NCBI GenBank assembly: GCA_043797265.1
Contig: JAZDPV010000001.1
Coordinates: forward strand, 1 to 52,089
Direction: 5' to 3'
Source: an archaeon
Lineage (GTDB): Archaea; Nanobdellota; Nanobdellia; Pacearchaeales; GW2011-AR1
Length of the DNA: 52,089 nt
Shown here: piece by piece, positions 9,508 to 19,306 of the stretch
Layout of the letters: the number at the start of each line of letters is the position of its first letter
Position numbering within the stretch: the stretch's first letter is position 1
Position numbers and translations under genes: made by a program
The notes under the pieces: generated by a model
Seen by the model: the letters and a program-made list of their open reading frames with translations, nothing else
The model's database searches: none
Told to the model about the DNA's origin: nothing

Positions 9508-10440
9508 CTACGCTGTCACACCGGCGACATTATTCCCCTCGTCCAACTCCCTCACAATATTTTCCTTGTCAATATAAAAATCAACAGCATCAAAATCACG
9601 CGACGGCATCTTAAGGTTCTCAACATAAAGAGTTCTCCCAAACCCAAACTCAATATCCCCGACGCCAAAAACCCTGACAACCTCACCGTCGGCAATAACA
9701 CTTAAATTAACACCGAAAGCATCAGACAGTCCCTCATTCAAAATCGTCAAATTAAAATCCAAGTACCGCCCTCTTTTAATCGCAGTCAAATCGCTTATCC
9801 TAACATCAGCCAGCGCCTCGACAAAATACAAGCCATCAATAAACCTAACCATGTCATCTGTCATTCTTTGCTCGCACCTCGCATACGGGAACATGACACT
9901 CAACGGATCGTCAGAATGATCAAAACCAAAAACGTGCCCCAGCTCATGCAACTCGACGACAGGATAATTACATTTCGGGTCATCATAAAGAAAAATTTTC
10001 CCTCTCTCAATAATCTTAAACAAGCTCGTGTTAATAATCCCAACCTGCCCGCCCTCCCCCGCCGCAACCAAATTATCACTAAGCATCATTGACTTATTAG
10101 AGCATTCAACATCAATATCAGCGTCGCCGTCAACCCCATAAAAATAAATATAATCAGTCATTCTCTCGAATATACCAAACGCCTCAATCATCGATTCCCT
10201 CCGACCCTCCGGACAAGAATCATTAATAAAATAAGAAATGTTATTATGATTAAATCTCAAGTTATCCCAATACACCGGATTCCCATCATAACTCACCATA
10301 GAGAACGACTCACTCCCCACCTCGCCAACCTTCATTTTAACAGGCTCGCTCGGAACATTTTGATACACAAGCCCGACCAACAACAACACAACAAACAACG
10401 CGAACATCACCACGACTATTTTCCAAATCATCCAAAACAA
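9508..10440 (-). CDS. Membrane-anchored matrixin (M10) zinc metalloprotease with CARDB-like domain
   Basis: HELGHVFGFDH plus Met-turn SVMFP; C-terminal RELDEGNN; N-terminal TM. Confidence 0.9.
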   Translation of the reverse strand: MFWMIWKIVVVMFALFVVLLLVGLVYQNVPSEPVKMKVGEVGSESFSMVSYDGNPVYWDNLRFNHNNISYFINDSCPEGRRESMIEAFGIFERMTDYIYFYGVDGDADIDVECSNKSMMLSDNLVAAGEGGQVGIINTSLFKIIERGKIFLYDDPKCNYPVVELHELGHVFGFDHSDDPLSVMFPYARCEQRMTDDMVRFIDGLYFVEALADVRISDLTAIKRGRYLDFNLTILNEGLSDAFGVNLSVIADGEVVRVFGVGDIEFGFGRTLYVENLKMPSRDFDAVDFYIDKENIVRELDEGNNVAGVTA

Positions 10441-10510
10441 AACAAATCACCCTATTTATTCTTTACCAAACAACCACAAACTTTTTATACCAAAAATTCC
10501 TACCATCACA

Positions 10511-11149
10511 ATGAAAATAGCGTCGGTATTTATTCTGTCAATAATATTTTTTCTAAGTATGGTTTGCGCAGCCAGCACAGCGTCGGCAAACAATCAACAA
10601 CAAACACAACTTCAAAACGAAATTACATCCAACACACAAGAAAGAATTCAAGAAATGCGAAAACTAAACGAAGAAAAAATTGAAAACCTCAGAGAAAGAA
10701 TACAAGAGAGAGAAGAAATTTTATTAGAAAAAAAGAACATCACGCTAAAACGAATCGACGACAAAATTATAGAAATGAAAGAAAAAGGAAACATAATTAG
10801 AACACGATTAAACTTAAGCAGCGAAGGTAACGGAAGTCAAATAAGAATCAGACTAAGTAACGGACGAAACGCTGAAATCAAAATCATGCCTGAAACAGCG
10901 TCGGCAAGAGCAATAGAAAGATTAAGATTAAAAAATTGCGACGGCAACTGCACAATAGAACTCAAAGAAGTCGGACAAGGAAACAAAACACGGGCAGTCT
11001 ACGAAGCAAGAGTCCAAAAAACATTCCGGCTCTTCGGATTTATTAAAAGAAACAAAGAAGTGCTGACTCAAATCGACGCAGAGACCGGCGAAGAAGTCAC
11101 GACAAGAAGACCATGGTGGTCATTTTTGGCAACCGAAAAAGAAAAATAA
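10511..11149 (+). CDS. Secreted hypothetical protein
   Basis: Signal peptide, coiled coil, C-terminal IDAETGE...RPWW. Confidence 0.8.
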   Translation: MKIASVFILSIIFFLSMVCAASTASANNQQQTQLQNEITSNTQERIQEMRKLNEEKIENLRERIQEREEILLEKKNITLKRIDDKIIEMKEKGNIIRTRLNLSSEGNGSQIRIRLSNGRNAEIKIMPETASARAIERLRLKNCDGNCTIELKEVGQGNKTRAVYEARVQKTFRLFGFIKRNKEVLTQIDAETGEEVTTRRPWWSFLATEKEK

Positions 11150-11230
11150 CTAATCCGAAGCACTTCATGATTTAGAAAACATTTATAAGTAATTAGCCAT
11201 TATACAACACAAGAAAAACAAGGTGGAAAA

Positions 11231-14200
11231 GTGAATTACAAGAAAAAAACAAAACAAAACAAAGCAAAAATTATTTTAATTCCATTTTTGATTTTCATTT
11301 TTTTAATACTCTCCGCCGTCGTTTATATGCAAGTCCAAAAATATAGAGATTCCTCCCAGGGACTTTCCTCTTCGGATTCCTACTCCCAACTCGAAAAAAA
11401 TAATGGAGTATGGAACGGAGACGGAAAAGAAATTGATAAAGAAACAAATTCTACAACAAGCAGCCAAAGTGGTAGCGCAACTAGCGGAGGCGGTGGAGGA
11501 GGAGGTGGAAGCGGAGGCAGCAGCGGAAGCACAACTAACAGCGAAGGTGGAATCGTATCCGCAGAAGAAAAGTCCGCAGAAGAAAATATCGCACAGGCGC
11601 AATCTGAAACGAGCTTTTATGTAGACAACTCACTTCCAAGCGATTGCAATAATTATAATGCGGCTACAAGAACATGCGGGAATGGAGACAAACAGGCATA
11701 TAATACAATACAAAAAGGAGTAAATATTGTTAAGGCAGGAGAGACACTGACCGTAAGAGGCGGGACCTATAAAGAATCAGTTATTCTTAAAAACAGCGGA
11801 ACAGCTGCTAACAGAATTACAATAAGAAATTATCCGGGGGAAGAGGCAATATTTGAGGGCTCTGAAAAAATAACTGGGTGGAAAAAATGCACTTCCCAAG
11901 CAGAATGCCTGGGAAATAAAAACTGGGACAAAATTTATTATGCTGATTTTCCCAATACAAGTAATGCTTTTACTTTTTTTATGCAAGGTTCTGAATTTTT
12001 GTATCCCTCCCAGTATCCAAATATGCGGGATAGATTTTATCCAGATGAATTTACTTATTATCTTTCTATTCCTAAGGCGGATATAGGAACCAATTATATT
12101 ATTGATGAGCGATTGGAAAGTTTTGGGGGCAGCAGTTTAATTGGTTCTTATGTAATGGTTCAGCACAGCAATAATCAGGTTGACCATAAAAAAATATTAA
12201 ACTACACACCTGCAGAAAAGAAAATAATAATTGAGCCAATAATCCCGGTATATGATCCTACCAAATATTCCATTGTGAATTACTATAGTAGTACATTCTT
12301 AGATTTAGAAGGCGATTATTATGTTAATGAAACTAGCAAGAATGGGATGAAAAAGATATATGTATGGTCCCTTCATAATGTTAATCTTGAAACTAATGGA
12401 GAAGTTACAAGGGCGGTAAGGGGAAATTTTTTGACAATTGCCAACAAAAATTATACGACAATAGACGGATTTATTTTTCAAAAAGCATCTGGTGATGTTC
12501 TATACACTGAATCGCGCGGAACCGATTATGGAAATATATTCAAGAACAACAAGGTAAGATATAATCAAGGGACTTATTTATTAAACATTAAATCTTCAAC
12601 AAATTTTATTATAGAAAACAATTACATTCATGAAAATAAAGGGCCTTATATAATAATTCAAACTGTTAATGATGACATTATTAAACCGAGAGGGATTATT
12701 ATTAAAGATAATCTTTTTTATAAGCAGTTGGGAGATAATATTGTGTTTTGGTCTTGCATTAACTGTGCAGCAATAAACAATACTGTAAGAGACTGTTATG
12801 GAATTCATCAAAGTGGAATGAAATCTTATGTGGGCGGAGAAAATATCCTTTTTGCAGGAAATAAATTTTTTAATACTCCAAGCGCATTAGCTTTCCAGCA
12901 ATTAGAAAACCTTACTTTATACAACAACATTATTTCAGGAGGAAGAATTGACCAATGGAGTGCCATGAAAGGAAAACTAATTATAATTAATAATATTTTA
13001 AACGGAGATCTATCTCTACCTTATGCGCCTGCAGAAACTATTTTTAAAAATAATATTTTTGATTCTTCTTTGGGTCCATTATCTCTTGATTACACAGAAA
13101 ATTTAGTAATTGGAACTTGGTATGCTGGATTTAAGATTAATCATGTTCCATCTGACAGGTCATTAATATTTAAAAATAGCCCAAAAGTAGTTGCAAAAAT
13201 AACTTTTCAAAATGCAATCAATGCAGACACACTATATATTAGTTCGGGATATAGTTCATTAATAAAATCAGGAGATTATTTAATTCACGAGAACGACGGG
13301 ATTATCAGAACAGTCAAGAGCGTAAGTGTTGGATGGTATATTGGCGGAATGTACTACACAAAAATCGAGGTTAATGAGCCTTTTGCAGAATTAAAGCCTG
13401 GCAAAATCCAGATTTGGAGCAGTATTTCTAATTTAGCAGTCGATTATAGTTTAAAAGAAAACAGTATGGCGATTGATAATGGAACCGATATTTCTGGAAT
13501 AATAAATGAATTAAAGCAGTACTTTCCTTATTATAATTTCTATCAGGATATAAATGGAAATCCAAGACCTTCTGGAGCAGAGTGGGATATAGGGCCTTAC
13601 GAATTTCAGGAGATGAAAAAATGCACCTCAAACACCGATTGCACCGACGGACTATACTGCAACGGCGCCGAAATCTGCTCGGGAGGAAAATGCATCTCTG
13701 GAAGTTCCATAAATTGCAATGACAAAATAAGTTGCACGACAGACAACTGTAATGAAGCAACCGACTCATGCGACTACACTCCATCCGACGCATTATGCGG
13801 AGACCAAATATCATGCACAGACGATGTCTGCAATACATTAAGCGGATGTAAAAATATAATCAACAACAACCACTGCGAATCTTGGGAATATTGCGATACA
13901 TCTAAAAACTGCGTCGAAAAAACCTGCAACTCATGCAACGATTGTGAATTATTTTGGGGAATCGGTTGCAATTACGACAAATGCAAAAGCAACTGCCCCG
14001 ACTGTTATTACGACCCTCTTTTAGGAAGTGAGAATTGCATTGAGTTTAATGAATTTTGTTCTTCAAGAATTTCAAGTTGTGGTGATTATCACGAAACAGA
14101 ATGTGACGCTGATGCATGCTCGCTGGATTGCAGATGGGACGGAAGCAATTGTGTTAAGGCAGGCGTCTGCAAAAATGGAGAAACAAGAAGTTGTGGTTCA

Positions 14201-16480
14201 GACATCGGAGAGTGTGTTGCCGGAACTGAAACATGTATCAATAAAAATTGGAATGGCGTATGTGCCGGCGAGATAACCCCATCAACAGAAATCTGCGACG
14301 GGAAGGATAACGACTGCAACGGGATTTCAGACGACAAAGATTTCGGAACAACAACTTGTGGTTTGGGCGCTTGCTCTCACACAACGCAAAATTGCCTATC
14401 TGGTTCACAAGAAATCTGCAATCCAACACAGGGTTCATCAACAGAAATCTGCGACGGCAGCACAGACGAAGATTGCGACGGCAGCACAGATGAGGGCTGT
14501 TTATGTATTAATGGGGAAACAAGAATTTGCGGAATAGACACAGGAGAATGCCAATCAGGAACCGAAACATGCACTAACGGAGTTTGGGGCACATGCTCAA
14601 ATCAAATAACCCCATCAACAGAAATCTGCGACGACAAGGATAACAATTGCGACGGAACCATCGACGAAGGCTGTCAAGTCTCCACCTCGTTCCCCACCGA
14701 CTACATAGCATACTGGAAATTCGAAACAAAAACAGGGGCAATCACTCCCGACGAAACCGGAAAAAATAATGGAATCCTTCTCGGAAACGCCAACATCATA
14801 ACAGACGCCGATAAAGGTAACGTGCTAATTTTAGATGGGAATGGAGACGCAGTCAAAATACAAAGAACTGCAGACTTAGAACCGCAAAGCATTACACTAA
14901 GCGTCTGGCTAAAAACAACAGCGTTCGGAAACAACTACCCATACGTCATCTCTAAGCCATACAGTTCCGGCAGCCCCTCTTTTGGAATCTACAAATATAC
15001 AGCAACACCAAGATACCAATTCACAACATTTAATACTGGCTCACGAGAAATCAATTCCCCCTCCGTAGCATCCGCATTCGTCGAAGACGGAAAATGGCAT
15101 CACTTAGTAGGAACCTATGACCACAATTATGTCAGGTTTTATCTTGACGGCATCGAGCAAGGAAGCGGGACAACCAACAACTTAAACATATTATATACAG
15201 CAGCCCAAAATGTAAGCATCGGTTGTTTCAATCCAGACTTGACAAACTATTGCGGAAATGGTTTAGTAGACGAAGCAATGGTTTACAACAGAGCATTGAG
15301 CTTAAGTGAAATACAGCAGATTTATTGCTCTCAGGGAGGAAGCGCATCTTTTTGCCAAACTCAAACACAAACCTGTTCAGACGGAATTAAAAACCAGGAC
15401 GAAACAGATGTTGATTGCGGTGGAACAAAATGCAGCAAATGTTCTAATGATAAAATATGTACTTTGAATACTGATTGCACAAGCAATACCTGCACCAACG
15501 GAAAATGCATTGCAACATGCACAGACACATGCGCAAGCTTAGGATATTCATGCGGAACTCAAACAATATGTGGAGCAAGTGCATCATGTGGAAGTTGTTC
15601 AGCAGGATATACCTGCACCAACGGAAAATGCATATCTTCTTCTGAATGCACAGACAGCGACGGGGGAAAAGATTATTACATTAAGGGAACAGCAACGGGT
15701 AAAAGTAGTATTAGTTATACCGATTCTTGTATTTTGACAACAAGATTATACGAATCTTTTTGCAGAAGTAATGGATATGCAAGCAGAGAACTTTATTCGT
15801 GTCCGAATGGATGTTCAGATGGGGCATGCATTAAAAAATTAGAAGGGTCTTTCCCGACCGACTACGTCGCATATTGGAAATTTGAAAACAACGCAAACGA
15901 CGAAACCGGAAAATACAACGGAATAGCAGCTGGAAATTCAATTTATGTCTCAGGCAAAAAAGGACAAGCCCTAAAATTAGATGGCAATGACGATTACATG
16001 GTCAGCTACTACGGATACACGCTGAACCCATCCGTCACACCCCATACTTACTCGCTATGGGTCAAGCATTACGCAACCGGCGGGAGTCCTTATCCTATAT
16101 TCTTATCGCAAAGTTCCGCATGGGCAAACCAGCGAATGTATTTAGCAATAAGTTCTTCTGGGAAATGGGCAATGGGAATTGCGGGAAGTTCTTCTGACTC
16201 AACCAGCGACATCTCAGCAGACAACAACTGGCACATGATTACAGTAACTATGGATGGAAGAACCGCAAGAATGTACGTCGACGGAGTGGACATCGGCCAC
16301 ACAAAAATCTACTCAAGCTACGCATTTGACAGCTACCTAAGATTCGGCGTCTACTCAAGTAATCTCGAATACGATTTCGCCGGAGAAATAGACGAAGCAA
16401 TGGTTTACAACAGAGTATTAAACACAAACGAAATACAGCAAATCTACTGCACCCAAGGCGGAACCGCCAGCTTCTGTTAA
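11231..16480 (+). CDS. Large surface protein/adhesin: TM, Gly/Ser linker, parallel beta-helix, Cys-rich repeats, two LamG-like domains
   Basis: GGTYKE and WDIGPYE flanking a beta-helix; EICDGKDNDCNG-type and CNDKISCTTDNC repeats; two AYWKFE...DEAMVYNR LamG-like domains; CTDSDGG motif. Confidence 0.88.
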   Translation: MNYKKKTKQNKAKIILIPFLIFIFLILSAVVYMQVQKYRDSSQGLSSSDSYSQLEKNNGVWNGDGKEIDKETNSTTSSQSGSATSGGGGGGGGSGGSSGSTTNSEGGIVSAEEKSAEENIAQAQSETSFYVDNSLPSDCNNYNAATRTCGNGDKQAYNTIQKGVNIVKAGETLTVRGGTYKESVILKNSGTAANRITIRNYPGEEAIFEGSEKITGWKKCTSQAECLGNKNWDKIYYADFPNTSNAFTFFMQGSEFLYPSQYPNMRDRFYPDEFTYYLSIPKADIGTNYIIDERLESFGGSSLIGSYVMVQHSNNQVDHKKILNYTPAEKKIIIEPIIPVYDPTKYSIVNYYSSTFLDLEGDYYVNETSKNGMKKIYVWSLHNVNLETNGEVTRAVRGNFLTIANKNYTTIDGFIFQKASGDVLYTESRGTDYGNIFKNNKVRYNQGTYLLNIKSSTNFIIENNYIHENKGPYIIIQTVNDDIIKPRGIIIKDNLFYKQLGDNIVFWSCINCAAINNTVRDCYGIHQSGMKSYVGGENILFAGNKFFNTPSALAFQQLENLTLYNNIISGGRIDQWSAMKGKLIIINNILNGDLSLPYAPAETIFKNNIFDSSLGPLSLDYTENLVIGTWYAGFKINHVPSDRSLIFKNSPKVVAKITFQNAINADTLYISSGYSSLIKSGDYLIHENDGIIRTVKSVSVGWYIGGMYYTKIEVNEPFAELKPGKIQIWSSISNLAVDYSLKENSMAIDNGTDISGIINELKQYFPYYNFYQDINGNPRPSGAEWDIGPYEFQEMKKCTSNTDCTDGLYCNGAEICSGGKCISGSSINCNDKISCTTDNCNEATDSCDYTPSDALCGDQISCTDDVCNTLSGCKNIINNNHCESWEYCDTSKNCVEKTCNSCNDCELFWGIGCNYDKCKSNCPDCYYDPLLGSENCIEFNEFCSSRISSCGDYHETECDADACSLDCRWDGSNCVKAGVCKNGETRSCGSDIGECVAGTETCINKNWNGVCAGEITPSTEICDGKDNDCNGISDDKDFGTTTCGLGACSHTTQNCLSGSQEICNPTQGSSTEICDGSTDEDCDGSTDEGCLCINGETRICGIDTGECQSGTETCTNGVWGTCSNQITPSTEICDDKDNNCDGTIDEGCQVSTSFPTDYIAYWKFETKTGAITPDETGKNNGILLGNANIITDADKGNVLILDGNGDAVKIQRTADLEPQSITLSVWLKTTAFGNNYPYVISKPYSSGSPSFGIYKYTATPRYQFTTFNTGSREINSPSVASAFVEDGKWHHLVGTYDHNYVRFYLDGIEQGSGTTNNLNILYTAAQNVSIGCFNPDLTNYCGNGLVDEAMVYNRALSLSEIQQIYCSQGGSASFCQTQTQTCSDGIKNQDETDVDCGGTKCSKCSNDKICTLNTDCTSNTCTNGKCIATCTDTCASLGYSCGTQTICGASASCGSCSAGYTCTNGKCISSSECTDSDGGKDYYIKGTATGKSSISYTDSCILTTRLYESFCRSNGYASRELYSCPNGCSDGACIKKLEGSFPTDYVAYWKFENNANDETGKYNGIAAGNSIYVSGKKGQALKLDGNDDYMVSYYGYTLNPSVTPHTYSLWVKHYATGGSPYPIFLSQSSAWANQRMYLAISSSGKWAMGIAGSSSDSTSDISADNNWHMITVTMDGRTARMYVDGVDIGHTKIYSSYAFDSYLRFGVYSSNLEYDFAGEIDEAMVYNRVLNTNEIQQIYCTQGGTASFC

Positions 16481-16515
16481 TAATAAACAAGCACTTTTAC
16501 ATAATCCAATATACA

Positions 16516-16971
16516 ATGATAATCCAATCCCCAGCCTTCAACCACAACGAAAAAATTCCTATCAAATATACAGCCGACGGAACAAACATAAACCCGGAAC
16601 TCAACATTACAAAAATCCCAGAAAACACAAAATCATTAATCTTAATCATGGACGATCCCGACGCCCAAAAAGTTTGCGGCTTCACTTGGATTCACTGGGT
16701 CCTGTTTAATATTCCTGTAAACAGCAACCAATTAACAATCCAAAAAAATTCAATCTCAGGAACTCCCGGAGAAAGCACTTACAAAAAACCAGAATACAAC
16801 GGACCAAATCCCCCAGCCGGCTCCGGAACTCACAATTATAATTTCAAAATCTACGCCCTCGACAAAAAACTCGAGCTCCCAGAAATGACACCACTCCCAA
16901 GAATTATCGAGGCAATGAAAAATCACATCGTCGCAGAATCAATCTTGACGGGCAAATACTCAAGAGATTAA
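16516..16971 (+). CDS. YbhB/YbcL (PEBP/Raf kinase inhibitor-like) protein
   Basis: DDPDA, WIHWVLFNIP, YNGPNPP, HNYNFKIYALD. Confidence 0.93.
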   Translation: MIIQSPAFNHNEKIPIKYTADGTNINPELNITKIPENTKSLILIMDDPDAQKVCGFTWIHWVLFNIPVNSNQLTIQKNSISGTPGESTYKKPEYNGPNPPAGSGTHNYNFKIYALDKKLELPEMTPLPRIIEAMKNHIVAESILTGKYSRD

Positions 16972-17543
16972 ACCAAATACTCAAACACTTTATCATACGG
17001 GATAACCCATTTCACGGCCTCATCTTTCGACGCCCGCTCCATAATTTTTCTAAACAGCCGAATCGAATTTCCATGCGCCGAAATCGCAACATTAACTTTG
17101 TTCTTCCTCATAAATTTTTTCAAATCCTTAACAAACTTCCCGACTCTCTTTTCAACGTCGGCAAACGACTCCCCTTCCGGCGGTCGGCAATCAAATCCCC
17201 GATGCCACAACTCATATTGCTCCACCCCAAATTTATCAACAATCTCATAATGATATTTTCCCTCCAACTCGCCATAACTTCGTTCAATCATTCTATCATC
17301 CTCTAAAATAATCTTGCACTCCGGATGAGACTTCAAAACTATTTTCAAACTATCCTTCGACCTCGACAAACTCGTATGAATCGCCACCTCAAATTTCTTC
17401 CCCTTCAACTCTTTCGCAATTTTCTCAGCATGTTCTCGTCCCTCCACCGTCAACTTCGCATCCTTAAACCCAGTAAACCGCCCATCCCGATTAAACGTCG
17501 TCTGCCCATGCCTAAACAAATAAATTTTAAACTTCTTTCTCAT
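16968..17543 (-). CDS. Histidine phosphatase / cofactor-dependent phosphoglycerate mutase family
   Basis: YLFRHGQT, ERSYGELEG, PPEGES, SAHGNSIR; ATG at 17543 follows GGAGG. Confidence 0.9.
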   Translation of the reverse strand: MRKKFKIYLFRHGQTTFNRDGRFTGFKDAKLTVEGREHAEKIAKELKGKKFEVAIHTSLSRSKDSLKIVLKSHPECKIILEDDRMIERSYGELEGKYHYEIVDKFGVEQYELWHRGFDCRPPEGESFADVEKRVGKFVKDLKKFMRKNKVNVAISAHGNSIRLFRKIMERASKDEAVKWVIPYDKVFEYLV

Positions 17544-17607
17544 AAAACACACCTCCTGAAACCTGAATTCTAAAACCTGAATTCTCGAAACGCAAAGCGT
17601 TTCGCCG

Positions 17608-17643
17608 CCCATGCCGAAACAAATAAATCCTAAACCTCTTCAT
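17608..17643 (-). repeat. Orphan duplicate of the phosphatase gene start (MKRFRIYLFRHG)
   Basis: Matches real start MRKKFKIYLFRHG at 17543 with synonymous/conservative changes. Confidence 0.85.
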
Positions 17644-17702
17644 AAATAAAACAACAAAACACCATATAAAAACATTTTTATAATAAGACATCCTAATAAT
17701 AT

Positions 17703-18023
17703 ATGATAACCCAAGTAATAATAATAACAGTATTCGCAATCATCGGCCTGATAATTTTAAGAACCGAACACCAAGCGCGAAAAATCAAAATCCTTGTCAT
17801 AATCGCCATCGGATTCCTCTTATATTTCTCAATCGTCACCTTGTTCACATCCGAAGAAGTCGACATCTCATCACCACGAGGCGTAGTCCAGGCAACATAT
17901 TTATACTTCGGCTGGATAGGACGAAGCGTATCAAACTTATGGGACATCGGCGTCGACACCACTCACCTCATCGGCAACGCAATAAAAATCAACAACACAA
18001 AAACCCCAGAAACACAAAGGTAA
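17703..18023 (+). CDS. Hypothetical membrane protein
   Basis: 106-aa ORF with two hydrophobic segments. Confidence 0.75.
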   Translation: MITQVIIITVFAIIGLIILRTEHQARKIKILVIIAIGFLLYFSIVTLFTSEEVDISSPRGVVQATYLYFGWIGRSVSNLWDIGVDTTHLIGNAIKINNTKTPETQR

Positions 18024-18055
18024 ATTTAAATACAATACCTCAATAATTCTAACAA

Positions 18056-18128
18056 GCCGCAGTAGCTCAGCAGGTAGAGCGTTACATTGGTAATGTAAAG
18101 GTCGAGAGTTCAAACCTCTCCTGTGGCT
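18056..18128 (+). tRNA. tRNA-Thr(GGT)
   Basis: Acceptor GCCGCAG/CTGTGGC; anticodon arm TTACA-TTGGTAA-TGTAA; T loop TTCAAAC. Confidence 0.95.
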
Positions 18129-18224
18129 TAGTGACCTTTACGTAAAGGTTAAGCAATTCGCTTCGAGCAACAAAATAATTAAAGATTATTGCGAAATGCA
18201 AATTGCGAACAAAAAGCGAACAAA

Positions 18225-18252
18225 CCACTACCCACTACCCACTACCCACTAC
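18225..18252. repeat. Heptamer tandem repeat (CCACTAC)x4
   Basis: Seen directly; related to (CACTTCC)x4 inside pheS. Confidence 0.85.
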
Positions 18253-18304
18253 CAACTAATGTGGCTCCCCAAAATCTTATAAACCCTACATCCAAACCTA
18301 ATTA

Positions 18305-18784
18305 ATGGAAGACAAAAATTTCGACCTCGAAAAAGCATACAATGAACTCAAACAAAAACACAGCCTGCCAGAATTCAAAAAATTAATACAAGATTTCGAC
18401 GTCGAAAAAATTCAAGACGAAAAACCAATTCTGCTAATAAGAGAAATCCGACGAACAATCAACGAAAAAATCATGGCATACATTCACCTGTTCGAAAATC
18501 TAATCAACCCAAACGCTCCGCCAATATTCATTTTCTCAATTCTCAAAAACATTTCAAACCAAGACAAAGACACAATCAAGGAAATTTACAAAACATTATC
18601 AAGAACACAAATCGAAACAATGAAACTCGACACCATCTACGACGAAACCGCCGAAATAAAATTCATCAACGACATTTTCAACAAATGGCAGGAAATCAAG
18701 CCAAAAATTTACAAGCTCATCGAGAACTTCGAAACAAACTTCGAAACAAACGACACATCAAAAAAAAGCAGTTACTTCAGTTAA
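18305..18784 (+). CDS. Hypothetical protein
   Basis: 159-aa ORF with backbone-type codon usage. Confidence 0.8.
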   Translation: MEDKNFDLEKAYNELKQKHSLPEFKKLIQDFDVEKIQDEKPILLIREIRRTINEKIMAYIHLFENLINPNAPPIFIFSILKNISNQDKDTIKEIYKTLSRTQIETMKLDTIYDETAEIKFINDIFNKWQEIKPKIYKLIENFETNFETNDTSKKSSYFS

Positions 18785-18834
18785 TTAAAACCCATCCAAA
18801 TTTATTTTTACCGACGATAAGTATTTGCATCTGA

Positions 18835-19083
18835 TTAATACTTATGTCCAAAAATTATCTGTTCCAAGTAAAGCTCTCGCCTCTCAACACTATAAGAAAA
18901 AATCATTCTTAATTTATCAATTCTAATTCTACAACTTCCCGAAAAATCATAATGCATATGTTTATATCTTTCAGGATTTTCCGCGACTTCCTCAATTTTT
19001 TTCTTAATTCTTTTTTGAAAAAACAAATCAACCTTTTTAAAATCTTTAATAAATTCTTTTGTCGGAAGTACTTTATAACTCAT
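18835..19083 (-). CDS. RelE/ParE-family toxin
   Basis: MSYKVLPTKEFIKDFKK...IKKKIEEVAENP...RIRIDKLRMIF...GH. Confidence 0.88.
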   Translation of the reverse strand: MSYKVLPTKEFIKDFKKVDLFFQKRIKKKIEEVAENPERYKHMHYDFSGSCRIRIDKLRMIFSYSVERRELYLEQIIFGHKY

Positions 19084-19249
19084 CCAAATCACCAAAATCT
19101 CTTTCTTCTATTTGCTTCTTGGCTCTCTTATTCCCCGCCACAATTTCAGCGTCGCTCATCAAAAACAGAGATTCCATTCGCTCATTCATTTCAGCGACCA
19201 ATCTAACTAAATCTTTCATCGCGTCCTTATCTACACATACACCTACCAT
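19073..19249 (-). CDS. Putative antitoxin (58 aa, below ORF-track cutoff)
   Basis: Manual translation MVGVCVDKDAMKDLVRLVAEMNERMESLFLMSDAEIVAGNKRAKKQIEERDFGDLDEL; overlaps toxin start. Confidence 0.8.
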   Translation of the reverse strand: MVGVCVDKDAMKDLVRLVAEMNERMESLFLMSDAEIVAGNKRAKKQIEERDFGDLDEL

Positions 19250-19306
19250 ATTTTATACAATCAACTTGAGATTAAATAGTTTTTGATTAAAAAGCAGTTA
19301 CTTCAG

